Shown here piece after piece: positions 1-12,990 of a stretch of 64,000 nt of DNA. A program made the translations under genes and the position numbers. Below the pieces are notes generated by a model. It ran no database searches and was not told the DNA's origin. It saw nothing but the letters and a program-made list of their open reading frames with translations. The first letter of the stretch is position 1. Every line of letters starts with the position of its first letter. Origin of the DNA: Octopus vulgaris (Eukaryota); NCBI GenBank assembly GCA_951406725.2, contig OX597820.1, positions 128,402,001-128,466,000 on the forward strand, read 5' to 3'.

Positions 1-539
1 GTATATATGCATGTGTGTGGGTGTTTCTTTGCGATGGACATCAGAAAATCCACCTACCCCCTCTCTCCTTAAAGCTACGTATTCCTTACATCTACCTTTC
101 TACGTGTGTATGTGTGTTGTGTGTATGTTGTTTTTGTTGTGTGTTTGTGCGTGAGTTGTGTGTGTGTTGTATCTATGTATTCACGAAAGTATGTATGCAG
201 CGTCACGTGTATATGACAGCTGTTTTAACGTTTTCATTCCATTGGCACCGCTATTCTCGCCTTCACTTTTCTCTGTTACTACCTTTCTCTCAGACTGATA
301 CTTTTTGCAACCTTCTCATTTTATCATATAATTCGCCCAATGCCCTTGGGGAGCACATTATAGATTTTTATTGAAATTCAATTAGCCTATTATTTAACTG
401 GATGCTAGTATCAGATGTATGCAAAGTTTCGTGAATATTGGTTCGCTGGTTTAGGCACTAAGATGGAAACAGACAGACAAAAATTGCCATTTATATATAT
501 ATATTCTTTTGTTCGTTTCAGCTATGTAGAGCACCACCG

Positions 540-2020
540 TGGTCTTTCTGATTTCCTCAGTCTGGAATGTTTCACATCACCACTTCTGTATGTGCCTTTC
601 TCCCAGTTGTTGGTCCATTTTGTGTACCTCATGTCGAGCTGTTGGTTCATCCGGTATTGTGGAGAGGAGGATATCTAGTTCCTTTTTGAAGACATCTGCT
701 TCCACCTTATGCAGATTTCTTAATTTTTGTGACAGGACAGTGAAGAGTTGTAGGCTTTTGAACCCTAGACTGCTCCAGTACCTGTCCTGAATTTACATGG
801 AGTAGATGGTACTTTTCGTACAATACCGAAATTAGGTACTTCTAGAGTTTTCCATATGTAGATTATTACATATTTGTCGCGCCTTTGCTCCAGGGAGTAA
901 AGTTGCAGTTTTCTCAGCCTATCCCTGTAGCTCATCCGTTGCACAGTTTCAATCTTTTTAGTGTAGTGGCGTTGGACTGCTTCAAACTCCGGTGTTATTT
1001 TGTCACAATGTGGTGACCACAACTGGGAGCAGTAGTCGAAGCGACTGAGAACAAAGGTTCTCCACAGGATCATTTTTCTTGGTCTCTTGTCTTGAAAGAC
1101 CTCAGTATCCATCCTGCCAGTTGTCTGTACTTTGCTGCCATTTTGGCAATGTGCATATAAATTGATGTGTCAGTGCACATACTGATCCCCAACTCTTTCA
1201 CTGCTTGTGACTCTGGGATTGTAGTACCTTCGGGTCGTGTATATGCAGGTTGTAGAGCATTCGTGAGTTGATGGTGCAGTGCTTGAAATTTCCCAGTATT
1301 AAACTGCGTCTGTTGTTTATTTCGGCCCCGCTGTAAGCTTTGCTACGTCATCTGATTTTTTGTTGCTTGTAGTAATTTTCTATCATCGGCACAGCTAGTG
1401 ACGGTGACTGTCTGAGTAATCGTGGGCATGTCTAAGAGGGCTATTATTAACAGTAATGGCCCTAGTTCCATGCTATGTATTGTTCAGTAGCTCTTTTTCT
1501 CTAGGAACATTATCAACTTCTTTCTGATGATTCGCTCCGTAACTTTACTGATATGTGAAGTCAAAGAAATTGTCTTGTTTTTGGCCTCTGCTCTGCTTCC
1601 ACCGTTGTGCATAAGGAATATAATGCCTTCTTTTTTTAGAAAGTTTACACTTGCAAGGAAACTTTAGAAAAGTATCTGAAGTGGTTTCGCTAAAGCCTAC
1701 TTATATGACTTCAAGAGAATAGCTGGGAAGCCATCAGGATCAGTTGCGGAGCTTGAGCTCATTTCATTGATGGCCACTGTTACATTTGTCTCTTCAATGT
1801 TGATGTAACCGTTGGCTGACGCCACCTTTTTTAGACCTCCAATATTAAGAAATTCAGCTGGATTTTTTATCTGCATATCCAAGGAGGGAAATAAAGACAC
1901 TTTTAAATTGTTCACTAAGTATCTCACTATCCTCTCTGGGTCCGCGATCAGTGAGTCATTCCCTTGGAACAATGGTCCTATTTTATATTGTATTGTGGCT
2001 GTTTCCTTTGCGAATTTATA
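540..2020 (-). mobile_element. Degenerate CR1/Jockey-group LINE fragment (RT and C-terminal region)
   Basis: ORFs 765-1112 (LWRTFVLSRFDYCSQLWSP...LQLYSLEQRR) and 1697-1972 (SSATDPDGFPAILLK) are typical LINE RT segments; many stops; same family as 62086-63380. Confidence 0.85.
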
Positions 2021-2061
2021 GAAAACTTTGAGATCTGTTTTATACTTTCACAGCTTTGTTC

Positions 2062-2063
<2 letters not shown>

Positions 2064-2105
<42 letters not shown>

Positions 2106-2224
2106 CCTCTCTCTTTCTCTCTCTCTCTAGCAGCCAAAACCTACCCTAAATTATTTATTTTTATTTTGTTCATGTGTTTACACCCACTTATTATTATTAT
2201 TATTATAATTATTATTATTATTAT

Positions 2225-2274
<50 letters not shown>

Positions 2275-2311
2275 TTGTTATTATTATCATTATTATTATT
2301 ATGTATGTATG

Positions 2312-2362
<51 letters not shown>
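2064..2362. repeat. Compound microsatellite (CTAT)n/(ATT)n/(AGT)n/(AAT)n
   Basis: Directly visible simple repeats. Confidence 0.95.
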
Positions 2363-2365
<3 letters not shown>

Positions 2366-2419
2366 CTTTTAAATGTATATATTTATTTACTTCCATTTGT
2401 TTATTTATCTGTGTATTTT

Positions 2420-3372
2420 ATTTTATTGTGTTTTCAGTTTTGTTTATATTGTAACCAGTTTATGGAGATCTTCTTCTGTCATATGTTGTGGTGTGTGCTA
2501 GTGTTCCATTCCAGTTTCCTATTTAGGCTAGGTTTATCTTCTATTACGTGTGTAGCTTCCGTAATTTGTCTGATTGTTGCGTCTGTTTTATGTCTGGACA
2601 AGATTTTAACTTCTATGTTGTTGATTGAGCCCCCGTGTTCCTGCTCAGCGTGTTGGTACAGAACCGATGAGCTTTTTCCTTCCTTAAGTTCTCTCCAATG
2701 TCATTTACCCGCTCTCCTATGCTCCGTGCCGTTTCCCCTACGTATGTCGTTGTCTTGTTACTGCATCGTCCCTCTATACATCTTATACTATAGACTACAT
2801 TTCTGGCTTTACAGTTTGTTTGTGGGCTAAATCTACACACAGTACAGTTCCTAATCCGTACAGGGGGTTCTACTAAAAGGGTATGTTCTACCGATTATGG
2901 ATTTGATAGGGTTGTCTGGCCGTTCAACAACCTTAATCCTTAGCTCAAGTTTGTCTAGGGCCCTTCTAAAGCGGTACGCCAGTTCACCTCTAGGAGTAGT
3001 GTCGACGAACATGACACTCTGGTATTTGTGGCTATCATACCAAGAATTGGCCTTCCCTATTTTCTTCTTTGTCCTTTCAATAGTGTTCCATGACTTGCTC
3101 CTATAGAGTGGGCAAATCCCATTCCTAACATTACATAAGATAGCATCAAATTTCTTCATGGCTCCTTTGTATACTCTGATCCTTTCGTTATGGCTGTAAC
3201 CTGAGAACTGCATGCGGTGAACGAAATGTTGTATGTGTCTCTTTAACTCTGTAGGCTCGCACATGCGGGACACATTTCGCATTATTCTGACGAGGTCTGC
3301 CATCAAAATATTGAATTTGGGATTGTCCGTGATAGCTGAGTTCCAGTGAATCAAGTATTTGGAGGCCATAGG
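2420..3372 (-). mobile_element. Penelope-like retroelement, 3' part (RT thumb/linker + GIY-YIG endonuclease), 5'-truncated
   Basis: ORF 2851-3369 (KYLIHWNSA...RMQFSGYS) followed by NVVYSIRC...TTTYVGETARSIGERV GIY-YIG motif (2613-2840); flanked by AAT runs. Confidence 0.85.
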
Positions 3373-3407
3373 TTTTATTATTATTATTACTATGATTATT
3401 ATTATAC

Positions 3408-3470
<63 letters not shown>

Positions 3471-3473
<3 letters not shown>

Positions 3474-3964
3474 CACCAGGCAGTGGCTCTCATGGCTTCT
3501 GATCTTAACTGATTGGAAGTGTTATCATGTACATTGTTTTGTCTTGGTATAAAAGATGGGCTACAGCAAATATTCTGCTCAATACCACAGATTTGCTTGT
3601 CAGTTGTTTGACCTTAACCAGTTGAGCATTTCCCTTAGTGGATGACGATATGTGCATCTCTGATCACGAGCAGAAGTAGTGGGGGAACATCATAGCCGTG
3701 TGTTGAGAGGGATTCTTTGGGGTTTGAATAATTCACCTCTGGAAACATGGGTGTTTCGTTCAACATCCTTAAACAACCCTTATTCAGGGACCTTTCGAGT
3801 GGGATGGGTTACTCGACCTGAAGAAGATTCTAACTGGACCCCACCTGCAAGGTCATGTGCTGTTTATCTTGATATGAGATCACCATGTCGCGCACATATG
3901 GATGTGATGCATGTGCCTGGTGTACCCTTATCAGAGGGTAGTCATGATGGGTATACTGGGCTTC

Positions 3965-3966
<2 letters not shown>
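3471..3966 (-). mobile_element. Short non-coding retroposon-like insert inside an (AAT)n array
   Basis: About 500-bp GC-richer unit bounded by (AAT)n on both sides, no credible ORF; strand inferred. Confidence 0.5.
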
Positions 3967-4001
<35 letters not shown>

Positions 4002-4191
4002 GTGGGTGTAAACACATGAACAAAATAAAAATAAACAAAAACAAATTACACGAACGTATATAAACAGGAGATACAAATATTATAGGCATTCCCCACACAC
4101 ACACATACTCACTAAACATAGACGCACATACAGATATACGCATGCGCAAATGAAGACACATACAATAGAAATACAAAATGGCATATATATA

Positions 4192-4258
<67 letters not shown>

Positions 4259-4259
4259 T

Positions 4260-4329
<70 letters not shown>

Positions 4330-5070
4330 TATACACATATATTTACATATATGTATACAGGCTGGCTGCCCCCTCCTTATTGAGTATGGCCATAGCTTAA
4401 CTATTATTGGTGCTGAGATCGAGTGTGACATTTATTTGCTTTTTAAGGCTACAGCCAGCCATTCAGTTGAGACTCACAGCACCATCAACAATCATGAACA
4501 ATGTTGTCACCGTGCAATGCCTGTGCAGGAAGATTTTTTTTAAAGTGAGGAAAGACTGCACTGAGTCAATCCCATTCACTAAGCAACAGCAGCCATAATC
4601 CGAAAAGAAGAACAAGTCAACATCATCGGTAACCACTGAGCCGCAGGTTATCCCAGTTACCTGAGTTACCTTCTCCTAGAAGGATGCCCAAACAAAGGCT
4701 AGGAGTCCTTCACTTCCAATGGTTTAACCGCGCGATCGGGTATTCAGTCCGATTATTTCTATGTCCCCGCGCATGATACAGCCTTAAGACATTTATTGGA
4801 TGGCCGTTGACTCTCAAGAGTTCCTCCGCCCTTTGACGGGTTTTGTTTTTCATCCCGCAGGGTGTCCAATAAACACCCACCTCACCAAGCAAGCTTGGTG
4901 GTGTTGCCGGTTTAGTCGCCGACGACCCGACCATGCAACAGGTAGTACTGGGTTACATGTTACCAGTAGCACACGAAAGTGACCTGCATATATATATACA
5001 TATATATACATACATATATATATATATATATATGTGTGTGTATATGTGTATATATATATGTGTGTGTATG

Positions 5071-5125
<55 letters not shown>

Positions 5126-5199
5126 TTAGCGATAGATCTGTTGTTTGATAACAAGTATACGAGGTGTATAAAGTTAGGCTTTTGTATATACATGTTTTA

Positions 5200-6150
5200 A
5201 TAGTATTAATTGTAGTTTTAAATTTCTTATAATTAAATTAGATAAACTTTGATTAACTTAGATATGTTTCGACTAAAGATTGGTCCAGGCCATGTCTAAT
5301 TTAATAACATAACTTAGCTATTGTTTATTTTTTAATTCGCTAGTTATTCCCATTGATAATTATATTTATAGTATTTATAGTATTTATTCGATACTATATT
5401 ACTACGAATTGATTATTTCTATAAGTATTTTACATAAGATTTCCGAAAGTTCGTTTAAATTTGTTTATTTGTATTTTGAAATTAGCTATTTCATCTTTAA
5501 ATATGAAAAATTAATTTATTAGGTTTTTATTATATGTGCATATATATTTATTTATAGAGATTATTTTAGATCTTAATTATAATATTTATATATATTTATA
5601 TATTTTCATTGATAATTTATATATAATAGTCATTTTTAAACATTTTTAAATATTTATGTAATTAGATATAGATTAATACCGATATTAGATTATAAATTAA
5701 AATTAATATTTAACATTATAGTCGATTTTGATATAACCATAATTGTTAAGTTATATTTCTAGTTTGATGATAGAGTTTATTATGAGTAAAATTATTATAT
5801 TATTTATATCTTTAAAATATTGTTTAAATATTTCTGATTGTTTTTTAGATATTTCAATTAATTTGAAGATTGACTCTGAATTGTTGTTATTCGAATCGTA
5901 CAGCCATGAAACGATCGTAGTGTTTTACTCTTTATCTTTTATTAAACTTTTAATACTTTTGATATATATTTAAAATAATATAAATTAAATTAATTTTATG
6001 TATTGGCTTATGTTTTTCATTGTTTGATTTGCCTAATAGTGGTTTTATCTCTAATTTATTATAATATAATATAATATATTTATACTATAAAATTGGATTT
6101 AATCCTAAATCTGATTTTTCCCAGTAAGTTTGATTTATTCCCTAATATTT
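5200..6150 (-). mobile_element. Very AT-rich degenerate element, probably Penelope-like
   Basis: Extreme AT composition between (TA)n tracts, next to a hammerhead-bearing unit; no intact ORF. Confidence 0.3.
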
Positions 6151-6211
<61 letters not shown>

Positions 6212-6377
6212 AAATTTAGAGGACTGACCACTAGAAGTGGACAGCTTGTATGCTAGATATAGACGTCAAAATCACCATTTTCCACGAAGAATGTGTTCTC
6301 AAGAAAAAATTCAGCAAAAAAACAAAGAGTAAAAATAAGCAAGACAAATGAAAATATACGAAATAAAAAACGATTAC

Positions 6378-6452
6378 CTATGTACTAATTAGTTTCACTT
6401 GTTAATATTTACGTATATAGATACGTAAACATCTGCAAGATCATCAGCATAG
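6378..6452 (-). ncRNA. Type-I hammerhead ribozyme motif (Penelope/retrozyme type)
   Basis: Minus strand: CTATG-CTGATGA-T-CTTG..ATGTTTACGTAT/ATACGTAAATAT..CAAG-T-GAAA-CTAATTAG-TA^CATAG; helix I CTATG/CATAG, palindromic helix III ACTAATTAGT; 10.1-11.1 pair is U.U. Confidence 0.7.
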
Positions 6453-6648
6453 TCTGTCGTTTACGAAACACAATTTCTAGAACTAGATACAGGGCGCTCG
6501 ACTGAAATCCAGCATTGTATAAAGTTCCACAAATTATATTTATGTGTATCTTTCAAATGCCTTCACTTTGGCGTGCTGAGATCGGAAATTACTCTGCAGT
6601 TATTGAACTACAGCAGTCAATTTACCGGTTAGAGAACATCTTTGTATT

Positions 6649-6714
<66 letters not shown>

Positions 6715-6989
6715 TGGGGGAGCAGATAAGAGAAGTGATGTGCGAGAGTAGATATTTATTCCATACGTTTATAGCTGTTTCAAAATCTTGTTAGTTATAA
6801 AAGAGATGCAACATCACTATAAACGCACAAAATATATATATACAGATACGTATGGGTATATGCACATATGTATATACATACATATGGGAACATAAACAAA
6901 CCAGCATCGGTCAAGTGGTGTGCCGCGGACAGACACACACACCTATATATGTGTGTGTGTGTTTATATAAATATCATAAAGGTCAGGAA

Positions 6990-8207
6990 GTAGTCCACCT
7001 CTTCTAGTGCTCATTTATATATACGACCATGATACTCTCGCAGAATGTGACAAAGTGAGGTTTATTTTTCAGCATAGTACTCCTTGTGGTCCATACACTT
7101 CTTCCATCGGTATTGCAGTGCTTACATTCCATTGGTGAAGAAGCTTTCATCCTGTAGATAAAAAAAGTCATCAACAGCAGATATGACGTCATCATCACTG
7201 TGATACTTGTAACCAGCCAAGGGTTTTCTTTGTTGTTTTTTTCATATTGGGGAACAGATGATAGTCAGATTCAAGAGAATAACCGGTTCAAAGCCACAGT
7301 CATGCACAGCAACCATTGAAACGGAGGAGTTCTGTGCTGATTCCTGATGAGACAAGACCCCTTTCTTCCGTTTTCCTGGGTGCTTGGTCTTCATAGCCTT
7401 TACCGACTGCCTCGGCAAGTTGGCAGAGTACTCTCCATTAATGGTGTGGCCCTTTTGAAGATAATAAGCATATTGCTTTTTGCATACCCCAAAACTCTCC
7501 TTCTCTGCAAAAATCACCTTGGCCTTCTTTGGAGCAGTATTTCCACTGCATGGATTGTCTCTTTTTCTCTGATTCAAAGTGATGAACCCAGCACTCATCC
7601 TGAGTTCAAGGAAAGCAATTGGAGCTGCTTCAAACAATGTCACATAATCCTGTGATGTGATCAACCCGGTCTGCTTTTTGAACGGGAGTCAGATGTGGCA
7701 CTTGCCGAACAGAAACTTTCGTCATGCCAACTTCATTGTACAAAGTATTCTCAACTCTCTCACGGGATATGCTAATAGCATTGGTTATTTGATTTGTAGT
7801 CAATCGCTTGTCACCCATCACCATGTGATGAACATGATCTATGTTTTCCTCGGTTGTGGTGTTGAGTCATCTTCAACACTTTCTCTTCCCCTCCTAAATT
7901 CAGCTGTCTACTTTTGCTGGAGCCCCTTCCCCTAATATATCAAGCACATCAGCATGAATGTCCTTGAAGGTTAAACCCTTTCTCTACAGGCACTTAATAA
8001 CACCACGATGCCAAATTCTAACCATTTTCAAGAGAAGTCGCTACTAGTTACTTTTGAAGTCTTCTTTGAACAGTCAGATGTCAGTCTAGCTGGAAAGAAA
8101 CTATGCAATTATTAATAAGAAGATTTAAAATTAATGCTTGCAAGATTCCACAGCTTTAACATCTCTCCTTCACAGTCAGCCTATGAAATTTTCGGTCCAC
8201 CCTCGTA
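6990..8207 (-). mobile_element. Degenerate mariner (Tc1/mariner) DNA transposon
   Basis: ORFs 7630-7824 (DKRLTTNQITNAISISRERVENTL...KVSVRQVP) and 7242-7664 (YLQKGHTINGEYSANL...GVLSHQ) match mariner transposase; terminus TACGAGGGTGGACCGAAAA on minus strand at 8189-8207. Confidence 0.85.
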
Positions 8208-8498
8208 TAAATATTTGAAAAATATAAGATCATGACAAGCCATAAAATCAGGATAACAATAGTTGCTTTCCTTTTATTGTTCCACTTAAATATTCATTCA
8301 GAACTAATGTTGTTTTGTCGGTATTAAATGGAGCTGTTTGAAGTGATAATTAATGAATGCAATATTTCACATCTCTAGTAGCACTTCTTCCAAATCAACC
8401 TATGAACTTTTCAGCTCACCTTTGCGTACACACACACACACACGAATGGGCTGAAAAATTCATATGCTGAGCATGAAGTGTGTATATATATATATATA

Positions 8499-8789
8499 TC
8501 TTTATATATAAAAGTGAAGTTGTGTGAGTGTCTGTCTGCTACGATTTAGATTCCTAACTACTCCCACATTTTGCGGTGCAGTTTAACCAAAAGTGGGTAT
8601 CTTATAGTCGTAATTCATATCGAGCCCTTCTGGGTATTAGCGCGCGTCTACGATGAGTCTACGATTTTTTAAAAAATTACTATCATTTTTTCCCATTTTT
8701 AATGGATTTTTTGCTATTATATAAGGGAAGTAACTCTCTAAAAATGTTTATATAGTTATTTCCCTTACAAACCCGGGCGATACTGCTAG
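8499..8789 (+). mobile_element. Non-autonomous Helitron-like element
   Basis: 5' TC-TTTATATATAAAAG...GTCTGTCT, 3' GC-rich CCCGGGC followed by CTAG, inserted between A and T. Confidence 0.65.
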
Positions 8790-8928
8790 TATGTATATAT
8801 AATTTTTTACATTTATTTCGTCATTGTATTTACTGCGGTGATGTTTTGACCATATCGCACGAGGAGTTATAGGAGGGCAATTTAAACTGGTCGTGTGCAT
8901 ATGTATTCGTATGTTATATCCTTAAATG

Positions 8929-8965
<37 letters not shown>

Positions 8966-8988
8966 ATTTATGTTACTATCTGTGCATA

Positions 8989-9043
8989 TTCCACTGATGA
9001 GGTAAAGCATTTCTTATGCAAGTCAGAAATCCGGGATCTGGAA
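8989..9043 (+). ncRNA. Type-I hammerhead ribozyme motif
   Basis: TTCCA-CTGATGAG..GCAT/ATGC..GAAA-TCCGGGA-TC^TGGAA; helix I TTCCA/TGGAA perfect, near-palindromic helix III; helix II base degenerate. Confidence 0.6.
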
Positions 9044-9224
9044 CTATCCAGCAATTTTTTGCTAGTTTATTTTGTCCTGTTGTCTTCTCTCCTGGTGCTG
9101 TATGAACATTTAATGCAGTTTTAGAGTTTTGGCTGCTATTTTCAACGTGGAGGTATCTCTTAGATACTCTAAATTATATATATATATATATATATGTGTG
9201 TGTATGTGTTTATATATATATATA

Positions 9225-9605
9225 AAAATAAATATAAGAGAATGGTCACTATGTGGCACTAGCAAATCCAAAAGGTTTCAACCACAAAAATACATGTTTC
9301 CCATGAAAGTCAGTACGATTGTTAGCTCACACGAACAGGGCAAATAAAAAATAACAAAAATACAGATTATTTTGGGACAATTGTTTCGCTATTAATGAAT
9401 TAAATGTAATTTTACTTACAAAAAACCCACTTGTAGCTCCTCAGCCAAAACTATCTGGATGAAATCCACTCAATCATACGCCAGATTTTACCATAACGAT
9501 CGTACTGACTTTCATGGGAAACATGTATTTTTGTGGTTGAAACCTTTTGGATTTGCTTGTGCTAGAATGAGCCACATAGTGACCATTCTCTTATATTTAT
9601 TTTTG
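9225..9605. mobile_element. Fold-back element: about 100-bp inverted arms around a hammerhead-containing spacer (Penelope pLTR-like)
   Basis: 9225-9322 is the reverse complement of 9495-9605 (apart from a short indel). Confidence 0.8.
9369..9451 (-). ncRNA. Type-I hammerhead ribozyme with canonical core
   Basis: Minus strand: TTTTGG-CTGAGGA-GCTA..TAGC-GAAA-CAATTG-TC^CCAAAA; helix I 6 bp, helix II GCTA/TAGC, palindromic helix III ACAATTGT, GUC cleavage triplet at 9378-9376. Confidence 0.8.
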
Positions 9606-9717
9606 TATAAATATTATAATATATTATAAAATATTATAATAATCCAGGTTTCTCGAGGCACTGGGCCACTTGGTGTTGAATAGATATACTATTAAATTAG
9701 TATCTAATTCTCTCACC

Positions 9718-9768
<51 letters not shown>

Positions 9769-10106
9769 CCACAGGGGCTTAAGAAGACACTTCTCCAAGG
9801 TACCACGCACCGGAATTGAATCCGAAACCAGGCTATTGGTAACCAAAGTTCTTACCTCCCAGCAATGCATGCTCGAATATCTAATTATGTGGGACGAACA
9901 ACGTTATGTTGTCGTACTTAGTTACATCCCTTAAGGTTAAAGCTGAATTTCGTTTCATCCCTTATAAAATCAATATGTACGAGACACAATTTCGGAATCA
10001 ACAAAACCACCTATACTAGTTAGTTAGTTAGTTAGTTAGTTAATTTGGCTCAAAAGCAAATAGCAAGGCCATGTAGGGGGACATGGAGTTAAGTACAGGG
10101 TGGTGT

Positions 10107-12990
10107 TCATGTAAAGAGTTCAGGCCACTTGAGGTCCAGGGAGGCTTTGAACAAAGCGGTCGTCGGCATCTTCACCATCTCGTCTGGCAGCTTGTTCCAC
10201 GGATCCGCAACCCGGACGGAGAAAGCTCCTCTCCTTTGATTGAGATGAAATCGTCGCAGGTAGAGCTTTTCGGAATGACCTCGCAGCCGACGCTCTGGAG
10301 CAGGAGTGAAGAACAGCTCTTTCGAGAGGTTACACTTTCCGCTTATAATGTTGTGGGCGAGAATGAGATCACCACGGCGGCAGCGTTTTTCAAGAGAATA
10401 AAGGTCGAGCGTCCTCAGCCTTTCTTCGTAGGACAAATTTTTGAGACCATGAACCATGCGGGTAGCCAGCTTCTGGACTCTTTCGAGATGCTGTATGTCT
10501 TTGAGGAGATAAGGAGAAGAGGCTTGAATCCCATACTCCAATATGGGTCTCACCAGCGTGACATAGAGTGGTAGGAATATGGCTGCTGTGAGCATTCCGA
10601 ATGACCGTCGAATCAAGAACAGAATTCCGCGTGCTTTGTTGGCAGCATGGACACACTGGGCCGAAGGCGAAAAGGAGGAATCCACCAAGATACCCAGGTC
10701 CTTTACCTGATCGGTCCTCTCCAGCAGCAGACGACCCGGCTCGAAATCAAGTTGAGTTGCAGGAGGAGAGCCAACAGGCAGATGACAGCACTTTGACACG
10801 TTCAGACACAGGTCCCAATCGTTAGACCACTTCCAAATTTGGTGGAGGCATCGACGAAGATCCTCTATATTACCGCGAGGAGCGACCAGTTTGATATCGT
10901 CGGCAAATAGAAGGGTGTGTTGCGTGAGGTCGTCGGGCAAGTCATTTATGAAGACTAAGAACAACAAGGGCCCAAGCACTGAACCTTGAGGCACGCCACT
11001 GCTCGCACTGGAGACGTCGGACCGCGAACCATTAACTTGGACTTGGAAGGAGCGATCTGAGAGGAAGGCACCAACCCATCGTACAATATCCGGATGGAAA
11101 CTATATGCTTGAAGCTTGACAAGTAATAGGCGGTGGTTTACCGAGTCAAAAGCTTTGGCAAAGTTCAATAAAACGATGTCAACAGCATCACTATCATCGA
11201 GGATGCGCGTCACCAATTCTTCCATTACTAGTAAGTTGGTCAAACATGATCTCTTCGGCACGAAGCCGTGTTGGGAATCAGAGATAGAGGCTGTGTTTAG
11301 GAGGTGGAGCATCATACTTTTCTTAAGGATGGTTTCGAACATCTTGCTGATTATTGATGTAAGGGAAACCGGTCGGTAGTTAAGCGGGTCTTCGCGGCTC
11401 CCTTTCTTGAAAATTGGGCAGATTATCGCTGTTCTCCAGTCTGCAGGTATAACACCCGTCGCCAATGACATATTGAATAGACGTGTTAAGGGCTCGCAGA
11501 TGACCGGAGCCAACGCTTTGATAACCCGTGGGTGTATGCCGTCAGGGCCGTGACCCTTGTTGACATCGAGGCCTTGAATAACAAGTTTGACTTCGTCCCG
11601 CGTGATGACCAATCGAAGCATTGGAGGTACCGATCTATCAAATGGAGGGGGTTCACGACCATCATCTTGTTTGAAAATAGTTGAAAAAGCCTCGGCAAAT
11701 AATTGGCTCTGTTGATAAGGGTCCTCAATCGATACGCCTGTTGAGTCTACCAACGTTGCAATCTGGTTGTTCAAGCGGGAATTCCACTGGACATGGGCAA
11801 AGGTTTTTGGATTGCTACTGGCATTTGCCGCGATTTTGTATTCATAACTGAAGCGGTCTTTCTTTTCAATTTTCACGGCTCGGTCTCGTTGAGTTTTGTA
11901 CACTTCAAAAGCTGCAGTCGAATCCAGATTTTTGAATTCAGCCCAAGCAATATCTCTGAGTCGACGTTCTCGTTTAACCTTCTTCGTCACCCAGGGCTTG
12001 TGTTTCTTCTTCTTGGGAAGCCCAACGGGAACTGCCTGGTCAGTCAACCAGATTACATATGCTTTGAGGGATGACCATAGTTCGTCAACTGAGGACAACG
12101 TCATCAGGGATCGCCAGTCCAGAAGCGCGGAAGCCTCGGTTAGAATTTCAAGATTAATTGCAGAGAAGACTCTACGTGGCAGCGAAGTAGTCGTGGGCGT
12201 AGAAAAAGTTGTGTGCATGACGAACTTCAGGACCGCATGATCACTCTTGGCAAGAGGGGCGCACACAGATACGTCTGACACTGATCTTGGATAGCGGGAG
12301 AATACAAGATCTAGCATAGATGGCTGCTGCCCAGACCGATGCCTTGTCGGATATTCAACATGTTGCGATAGAAAACAATCTTCAGCCACGTCAAGAAGGG
12401 CCTGGCCGAACCGGGAAGATGTTGTACAAATTGATGCGGGCCAATCGATCGTGGGAGCGTTGAAGTTTCCTAGTACCAAACAGTCATGCGAAGCTGAAAC
12501 GAATCTTATCGCTTCGAGTAAATGAGCATCGTCCTGGGGGTCGGCAAGAGGCGGCCTGTAGACAGCTAACACGGGCAGGCAAAACTCGGATAGGCTCAGC
12601 TTGCAATAGACGGCATCGAATTTTGTTGTAGGTTGAGCATTAGTGGGTAGAATACCGCTGGACGGTTTGTGCTCAGACTTAACATACACAGCAACACCTC
12701 CACCTCGCCTTTTTCCTGTCACATCTGAAAAGGACGTAGCCTTGCAGGTGGATTTCTGAGTCCTTTACTGCTGGAGTCAGCCAAGTCTCGGTGATAGCTA
12801 TCACACCAGGGGAGTCACGTATGGCCAGTGTAAATAGTTCACTGAACTTTGGGAATAAGGAGCACAAGTTGGTATAGACGATGCTGAGCTGTGAAGTCTG
12901 AGGGGCAGGAGTTGGGGAACAAGCAGAATAAGGGGTATCAGAGATAGCATCGTTGACGGGGGTATCAACTTCACTTCGATTTGCCCTCAC
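10107..12990 (-). pseudogene. LINE ORF2 (APE endonuclease + reverse transcriptase), frameshifted near 12720
   Basis: IAITETWL (12679-12990 frame), [45 protein letters not shown]; catalytic GDFN reads GNFN and LDFAKAFD reads LNFAKAFD. Confidence 0.9.

Noticed and set aside
10083-10574. 163-aa plus-strand ORF repeated at 15084-15575
   Set aside because: Antisense shadow of LINE ORF2; it is repeated only because the LINE is duplicated
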